Positions 34,170 through 40,604 of a DNA stretch of 40,604 nt are shown here, in pieces (position 1 is the first letter of the stretch; every line of letters starts with the position of its first letter). The notes below the pieces were generated by a model that saw nothing but the letters and a program-made list of their open reading frames with translations, was not told the origin of the DNA and ran no database searches. Made by a program: the position numbers and the translations under genes. This stretch comes from Amoebophrya sp. A120 (lineage: Eukaryota > Protista > Dinoflagellata). The stretch covers positions 4,180,356 to 4,220,959 of the forward strand of contig CAJINV010000006.1 in NCBI GenBank assembly GCA_905178155.1, given 5' to 3'.

Positions 34170-34383
34170 TATCGCAAGAAAAAAGTGTATACGGTTACAC
34201 ATTGCGTTGCAGGCCAAGCAAGACAGACAACCTCTGTCATGCCGGATACGCATAGAAGAAGCCTCGTTTCATAAGGTGTTTTCCCGTAGGAATTCTGCAT
34301 TACAAGTTTTCCTCTCATGCAGAGAAATTTGTGTTGCTGAATTGACTACAAACGTGTAACTGTAACACTTTTTTCGTGGGATA
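34170..34383. mobile_element. Introner-like element, family G, in probable 3' UTR
   Basis: TIR TATC.CA.GAAAAAAGTGT..AC.GTTACAC; DR GAGCA/GAGCA; ~100 bp past the stop at 34488. Confidence 0.88.
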
Positions 34384-34487
34384 GAGCATAGCAAAGTTCT
34401 CCTACTAAAATCGTACACCACGACAAGCAGCTCGGGAAAACAAGTAACCACAAATAAACGAAGGAAATAAAGAGAAAACAACTCTTA

Positions 34488-37004
34488 TCAAGTGTAGTTG
34501 AATTTTTCCCCCGCTGCCGATTGCGACTTCCGCATCCCACCATTATTTCCCCCGAGAAATGTTTGCGCTGAGTAGGCACCCGGACCGGGGGACAGCAAAC
34601 TTGTCGGATACCGGGCGAGTTTCTGTTTTATTTTGGTGATGAAGTAGTGCGCGATAATAAGCATTTTTGCATGACAAGCTCCGTGATCCTATGTATGTTG
34701 TGTGATGCATTTTTGCATGACAAGCTCCTTGTTCGTGATCTCATTTATGTGTGACGCATTTTCGCAAGATGAAATTGAAAGCAAGCTTCCTTTACAGTAC
34801 CACGGTGCATTTGAATCTCTCCGACTTCGTTTTCGGCCACGTGAAATTGGGCACGGATTCTATCGTGTGCAAAAACGTATCACCCGCCCCAGAGGTGAAA
34901 GGATACGACCTCCTAGGCTACACAAATCTACGTCTACCAGTTTTGCACCTCACGCATGACATCAAACCTGGATCCGTACTAGCATAGTCGTACTTAGAAA
35001 GCCGCGCGGCCGCATGACAAAACCACCTGAATATGCTTGTTAATAGGGCATCACAACTAGCGAAAGAACCCCAACGTCATGGAGAAATAAGTGCCTCTCA
35101 ACAAATAAATAAGGTGCCGTCCTCGCAGAGGAAACTAACTCCTGCTATGCATGCAACCTGCGCATGACAACTCTGGACTGGGTACGTTTTTACGCAGGAT
35201 AGACTCCTTTCTCGAGTTATTTTCGTCTACGTCGTCCTTTTTACTGAACAGCGGGAACTATCAAATGCAAAAGCATCGCACTAGTAGAAATCGCATGACA
35301 AATCCCCTCAGCATGAAAAATGGAATTTGTAATGCGGATTTAGGTGAAGAAGGAGATTTGTAATGCATGATTACGATTACTAGGAGTACGATACTTTTGC
35401 ACAGGATAGGAACTCCCTTCCCGTGCGGTGCGCCCCAACGCTGTATTAAGATGAAAAGTGCCCCACCATCAGAAGAGCGAACACTTTGTGTTGCAAATTT
35501 TTTTCCACACGGAACCTTTTTGCCTTGCATGAAGCAAATCCGATGCGTTTTGCTTCAAAATCTATTAAGCCACGTGCACAACTTCAACATGACAGACACA
35601 GCTTCCACTGTGGCGCTGCGCAACACAGACTTCTCCTACTCTGGCTGAAAAACTTGTAATGCTGAAACATGCACCGTGGCAAATGCTTCCATTGGGAGCT
35701 TTGCAATACAAACACATCCTGATTCTGGGGTGGCGGTATTTTTCAACATGATACGCCGGGGACCCAGGTGGAACTCCGGATCTGGAGATCAATGTTATGG
35801 GAGTGTCAGGATCGAAACCTACAAAATCAACAAATTTGCAATGCATAAAACGCAGGGCACTGCTGGCCTGTGTTGGGGAGCAGGCAAATGAGACCGATTG
35901 CAAGCCTGTGTAGGGGAAGACGATGTGCTGCCAGAGTAGCATGACAGGCGCAGTCTTACTTGCCCAAACAGCATGACAGACTGGATTTTGGTGCTCCCGA
36001 CGTTTGTCATGCGCCACTCGGAAACTGCGGCTCCAACTGGTATCGATTTTATGCATCACAAATTATTTCGATTTTGTTGATTTCGATCCTGACGCTTCCA
36101 TAAATGTAGGTGTCTCGGTAGGCGTGGACTGGTATCTTAGAAAAAAGTACAAGACCTACATAATCAGAAAAACAATATATAAACTTGTGTTGCATTTTAT
36201 TCGGGCGTCACAAAATACCTTTTTTTGGCTGTTCAGCATGACAAACGATATTCTTTGGCTGCACCCCTTTAGTACTCGATCCGACACATGACCACAAACT
36301 TCGCCCCTCATGACAGAAAAGACAAACAAAACCTGCACGACCTCTTTTGGTCTCCGCATTATACAGAGTTTGCACTGAAGCAAATTTAGCAACACAAATG
36401 TATTTCTCTTCTGGTATGGATCTACTTTATTTCTCTAGGATAACTGGCTTCCAGGCAGCGCGGTTGTTGTTCAAACGACCTGGATTTATTGGTTTTGCAT
36501 CTCAATCTGCATGACAAAGTTACCGTCTCGTGGCGGACTATGCATCACAAAAAAAACAATCGTGAAAAGAAACAATAAAGTTGTACTGCATAGCTTCGAA
36601 GTGTCCTTCACGTTCCCTGCTTTGTTGAAGCCGTACTGCGGTGCTGTGTGCTGCGTTCTGTTAAAATATCAAATGCAAAAGTGTCTGGGTCTGGGAAGAT
36701 GGAACTTGTGATGCGTCCTGTGGGTCAGACAAAAATCTGTGTTGCGTGATCGTGAAAAGTTGTCCTTTTTTGACCAACATGAGCGGGAGTTTCTCATGCA
36801 GGATAGGCATGATAGAGACTTCGCAGAATCTGTCATGCTAGGTCCTGCATGCCAGACGCAGGCCTCATGGGGCATGGAAAATATGCATGACAAGCCTCCC
36901 ACTCTTCCAGACCCAGACATATTTGCAATGCATATGAAGGTCCACCCGTCGATTTCCTTCGCGCCCCGTGGCCTGTTGTGGTAGGCCGTTTCGTTCAGGG
37001 ACAT
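34488..37004 (-). CDS. SHIPPO-1/ODF3/STPG-like PGP-repeat protein (putative flagellar microtubule-associated), 9 exons, 158 aa
   Basis: Removing 7 elements (+5 bp each) and 1 GT-AG intron gives 477 nt: MSLNETAYHNRP...APQYGFNK...WVPGVGAH...VPNFTWPK...ERF...LSPGPGAYS...FNYT*. It has PGPGAY-type repeats with preceding P.Y/F.F elements. Confidence 0.72.
34623..34800 (-). other. Canonical GT-AG intron with internal tandem duplication
   Basis: GTACTG...AAACAG, phase 0 (CTV|KLA); two copies of GCATTTTTGCATGACAAGCTCC. Confidence 0.72.
34861..35201. mobile_element. Introner-like element, family B (diverged)
   Basis: TIR TATC.TG.G.AAAAACGTA; DR GATTC/GACTC. Confidence 0.85.
35259..35408. mobile_element. 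Introner-like element, family E
   Basis: E-type TIR; DR GGAAC/GGAAC. Confidence 0.9.
35444..35753. mobile_element. Introner-like element, family B-like (diverged)
   Basis: TATTAAGATGAAAAGTGCCCCACC vs TATCATGTTGAAAAATACCGCCACC; DR CGCTG/CGCCG. Confidence 0.8.
35796..36102. mobile_element. Introner-like element, family D
   Basis: D-type TIR; DR AATGT/AATGT. Confidence 0.92.
36133..36442. mobile_element. Introner-like element, family G
   Basis: TIR TATC.TAGA.AAA.AA(A)GTA; DR ACTGG/ACTGG. Confidence 0.85.
36452..36592. mobile_element. Introner-like element, family E-like (diverged)
   Basis: Left end CAGGCAGCGCGG vs right end TATGCAGTACAA; DR GCTTC/GCTTC; frame restored. Confidence 0.75.
36667..36934. 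mobile_element. Introner-like element, family A
   Basis: A-type TIR; DR TAAAA/TGAAG (both differences synonymous). Confidence 0.9.
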
Positions 37005-38673
37005 GGCTATTTTCTTTGGAATTGCGGTTCTTCTCTTTCTACCTCTGAACCAATTTACTATTCCGCGGCTGAGCTTGTAAGTATAATTTTCAACGAACAA
37101 ATAATGCGTCGAGTCGGTTTTTCTATATTGTAAATGATGCATTTAATACTATCCTTCATCTGAGTACGCGCAGGCACGAGTACGACAGAAGAAATCATAC
37201 TAGCGAAGACAAATGTACAACAACGCAGTTGTCAAAGTTAGCTCGTCGAAGTTTTTCGGTAGCATCACTGCTCTGGCTTCGCTCGCTCTCTCAGAGTGGT
37301 CTCCTTCTTGTCTGCGTCTCAGCACATTCGACGGTTGCAAACCGAACAACTGCAGCGTCGGCCCTCGCATTCAATCAACTACCTCTTGCGCCGCAGATCA
37401 GGAGCACGCACTAGTCTTTTATATTTATACACGACAGTGATTGCTATCTATACTTACAACACCATGAACGAGAAACGCACATCCGAACACCGGCACGAGA
37501 AGAGATGAACTGGAGTTCTTCTTCTAAGACAAAAATTGTATTGCTCCACCGGCGTCACAAACTCTATGACGACCTGGCACGATATCATCCCGCGCCCGCC
37601 GGGATGTTTAGGCTTCAGTGACTTTCTGTGGTGATAAAAATACAAATTCGGGCTGTACGATTCAAACCTGTTCACGTAAATAATATGACGGCTGTGGCTG
37701 TGCTTTGGAATGACGGCTCGAGACTGTTTTTGCTGTCCAAGTCCAAGCAGCATTATCCCATCACTCAACGAAACCGATAGCAACAGGAGAGAAACAAAAT
37801 TTCCTAGCTAGGCGCTATGGGAGGCGGGAACAAAATTCAAACTGCAGCGTCGTGCAATTTGTTTGGAGTCACTTCCGGAAAGTTTTTTTTTGGCTTTTTT
37901 CAAGGGTTTTCAACTCGATGTAGTATTCGAATCTTCTTGCTCGTGTGCTTCAACTTGTATCGCCCCTGCTGGTGACAAGCGGACTGAAATGCGTGCCCGT
38001 GCAACCAGGGCACGACATTTGTTTCCTACATTGGTGGAGTTACTTGTAGTGGCGAATGCAGAAAGGCGGGCCATAGATCTAGACTCAGCTGCAAACGTTT
38101 AGTATTCTAGTCTACTGTAAATAACGGAGTCGGGCAACCACGAGACAGTATGTAACGACGCCAAGGCGCAAATGTTTCAACTACAGGGAGTTCGTTTTAT
38201 TATTTGCAGATACCTAATGTGATGATATTTATTTTTTCCCGGTAATGATAAAAAGTAAAACTTGGATGATCAGTGGAAGAGCACCACGCGGCTTGCGCGT
38301 CGCCTCAAAGCTCTAGCGCACGCAGAACGGCCTTCGGTCCATGCAGAACTCTGGGCGCCTGCTGGACTACTTCCTTTGACAAAGTTTCTTTTAACAAAAC
38401 TTGAGTCGTGCACCAGAAATTTCGAAACAACTTGGGTCGTGCATTTTAGTACTAAAGGTTTTTTTTGTCTTACCTCGAAAAAGGATCTACTACAGTTTTC
38501 TCATCTAAGCCTTGATGCCCATTCACGGAGTGGTACATGATCTCGGAAATAACAATAGGCCATCAAAAGAAATTTACTCCCGACAGGTCACAACATATAT
38601 AAACATATATTCATGCTGATAGCTACAATTACAAGTTACAAGACTAATAATGATCATTAGCGCTATTCTGGGC

Positions 38674-38985
38674 CTCAGGCCCCCCCTAAGGCCCCCCCTT
38701 AGGCCCCCCCTCGACCCCTAAGGCCCCCCCTGAGGCCCCCCCTCAGGCCCCCCCTCAGGCCAAAAAAGGCCCCCCCTAAGGCCCCCCCTGAGGCCCCCCC
38801 TGGGGCCCCCCCTTTTGCCCAAAGGGGGGGGGTTAGGCCCCCCCTTAGGCCCCCCCTTTTTTTCGTGTTCGCAGACGCCCAGAGCCAAAAAAGGCCCCCC
38901 CTAAGGCCCCCCCTGAGGCCCCCCCTAAGGCCCCCCCTTTTGCCCAAGGGGGGTGGGTTGGGTCCCCCCCTTAGGCCCCCTCTTT
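38674..38985. repeat. Minisatellite of ~12-bp T(A/G)AGGCCCCCCC units
   Basis: Tandem units interspersed with short A or T runs. Confidence 0.9.
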
Positions 38986-39394
38986 TTTTCGCGAGCGTTC
39001 GCAGACGTCTGGCACAGAACATAAAGCCAGGCAGATCATCGCCGACCATTTCTTTGACGCAGGCAGCGACCGAACAATCCCGGGCGGCGCCACGCGCTGT
39101 CTACCTTGGCTGGTCCGCCGGTTCTCATTCTGATTGCGGGCGGGGCCGCTTTGGCTTTGGACACAATAAACAAAGTCACGAAGTGAGTCCTTGGCTTTGG
39201 CTTCATATTTTGGCTACCGCCCCGGCTTTGTCCTTTGATTTTAATTACCGGCGGGGCCGCTTCGGAATGCATGACACGCATGCCCTGTAGCCCTCCTGGA
39301 CAATGCTATGCGCTGCGCAGTCGAAGGCGCCGGCAAGGCTCTTCGGAATGCTTTTCGGTTTCTACCGAAAAGCCGAACGGGATTCGAGACCCTT

Positions 39395-40604
39395 CCTGAG
39401 GCCCCTCTAAGACCCCCCCTTTGGCCAGCCCGGAAGGGCCCTCGCTCCCTCGGGCGTTCTGCCCTGGCGGTTTGCTTGCTTTGCTTGAAGGCCCGCTATG
39501 CGAGCCCCGGCGCCGGCAAATGCCCGAGCCTGAGGCCCCCCGCAAGGCCCCCCCGAAGGAACAGGAGCCCTGAGGCCCCCCGGAGGCCGCCCCGGAGGCC
39601 CCCCCCCGGCAGAGGCCCCCCCTGAGGCCCCCCCCTTTGGCCAGCCCGGAGGGGCCCTCCTGTCTTCTGCCCTGAAGCTTTGCTTGCTTTGCGTGAAGGC
39701 CCGCCAGGCGAGCCCCGGCGCCGGCCAATGCCCGAGCCTGTGGCCCTATTCATTGACAGCCCTGAGGCATCCCTGCGGCCCCCCCTACGGCCCCCCCCAA
39801 TGGCCCCCCCTAAGGCCCCCCCTTTGGCCAGCCCGGAAGGGCCCTCGCTCCCTCGGGCCTTCTGCCCTGAGGTTTTGCTTGCTTTGCTTGAAGGCCTGCC
39901 AAGCGAGCCCCGGCGCCGGCACTCACATGCCCGAGCCGGAGGCCCCCCGCAAAGCCCCCCCGAACAGAAGCCCTGGGCCCCCCCTGAGGCCGCCCCGGGG
40001 GCCCCCCCCCGAAGGCCCCCCCTGTGGTCAGCCCGGGAGGGCCCTCGTGTCTTCTGCCCGGAAGCTTTGTGTGCTTTGCGTGAAGGCCCGGCCCGCCGAG
40101 CGAGCCCCGGCGCGCGCCGGCAAATGCCCGAGCCTGCGGCCCTATTGATGACAGCCTTGAGGCCTCCCGCATGGGCCCCCCCCTAAGGCCCCCCCTGAGG
40201 CCCCCCCTAAGGCCCCCCCTAAGGCCCCCCCTTTGGCCCTCGCTCCCTCGGGCCTTCTGCCCTGAAGCTTTGCTTGCTTTGCTTGAAGGGCTGCCAAGCG
40301 AGCCCCGGCGCCGGGACATGCCCGAGCCTGGGGCCCCCCGCAAAGCCCCCCCGAACAGAAGCCCTGTGGCCCCCCGGAGGCCGCCCCGGGGGCCCCCCCT
40401 CGCCCTGCCAAGGCCCCCCCTTGGGCCAGCCCGGAAGGGCCCTCGTGTCTTCTGCCCTGAAGCTTTGCTTGCTTTGCGGGAAGGCCCGCCAAGCGAGCCC
40501 CGGCGCCGGCCAATGCCCGAGCCTGTGGCCCTATTGACAGCCCTGAGGCCCCCCCTAAGGCCCCCCCTAAGGCCCCCCCTGAGGCCCCCCCTAAGGCCCC
40601 CCCT
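39395..40604. repeat. GC-rich satellite, ~200-bp monomers in a ~400-bp dimeric higher-order repeat, containing the 12-mer minisatellite; runs off the window end
   Basis: Core TCTGCCCTGAAGCTTTGCTTGCTTTGC.TGAAGGCCCG..AGCGAGCCCCGGCGCCGG recurs near 39457, 39666, 39860, 40053, 40256 and 40451, preceded alternately by CCCTCGCTCCCTCGGG and CCCTC.TGTCTTC. Confidence 0.88.

Noticed and set aside
3061-36934. Recurrent peptides in the ORF track (CKNVWVWK, PDPDIF, FQTQT, KIPPPHI, GTFLHRI) as a repeat-protein family
   Set aside because: They are translations of element TIRs in varying frames and strands and are followed by stops; not coding.
1291-36934. CRISPR array or bacterial REP/IS elements
   Set aside because: The repeats are paired inverted termini of 140-340-bp units inside eukaryotic genes, the intervening sequences are exons, and there are no cas or transposase genes.
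1291-36934. Tc1/mariner MITEs with TA target duplication
   Set aside because: A separate variable 5-bp duplication lies outside the TA, and reading frames are restored by removing both TAs plus 5 bp.
3012-37004. Genes as transposon-disrupted pseudogenes
   Set aside because: 63 of 63 junctions restore the frame with no internal stops and with key motifs intact.
38699-40537. Gly/Pro/Arg-rich ORFs in the satellite
   Set aside because: They are open in many frames on both strands because of low complexity; no sign of coding.
40540-40604. True telomere at the right end
   Set aside because: The G-rich strand points into the window rather than toward the right end, and the unit is not a simple TTTAGGG or TTAGGG array.

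Overview
Eukaryotic genomic DNA, most consistent with a syndinian dinoflagellate such as Amoebophrya (inferred from intron architecture, not from a search). Six protein-coding genes lie head-to-tail on the minus strand, followed by a GC-rich satellite at the right end. The main feature is 65 short (about 140-340 bp) non-coding elements with terminal inverted repeats (TIRs), covering about 17 kb or roughly 40% of the window. They fall into about seven TIR families, start with TA(T) and end with (A)TA, and are flanked by a 5-bp direct repeat (DR) of host sequence. For all 63 fully delimited copies inside coding sequence, removing the element plus one DR copy restores an uninterrupted reading frame. 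They therefore behave as precisely removed, mostly non-GT-AG, orientation-independent introns (introner-like). Genes rebuilt by hand this way: a hypothetical protein, a CNNM/DUF21 membrane protein lacking CBS domains (600 aa, 12 element-introns), a ~2,076-aa voltage-gated CNBD-family K+ channel (30 element-introns), a 223-aa 4-TM protein with a C-terminal SHP box, and a 158-aa SHIPPO/PGP-repeat protein. A small putative secreted protein has only a canonical intron. No transposase is present. Three GT-AG introns look like decayed, canonicalised elements. Most ORFs in the six-frame track are artefacts of these repeats.
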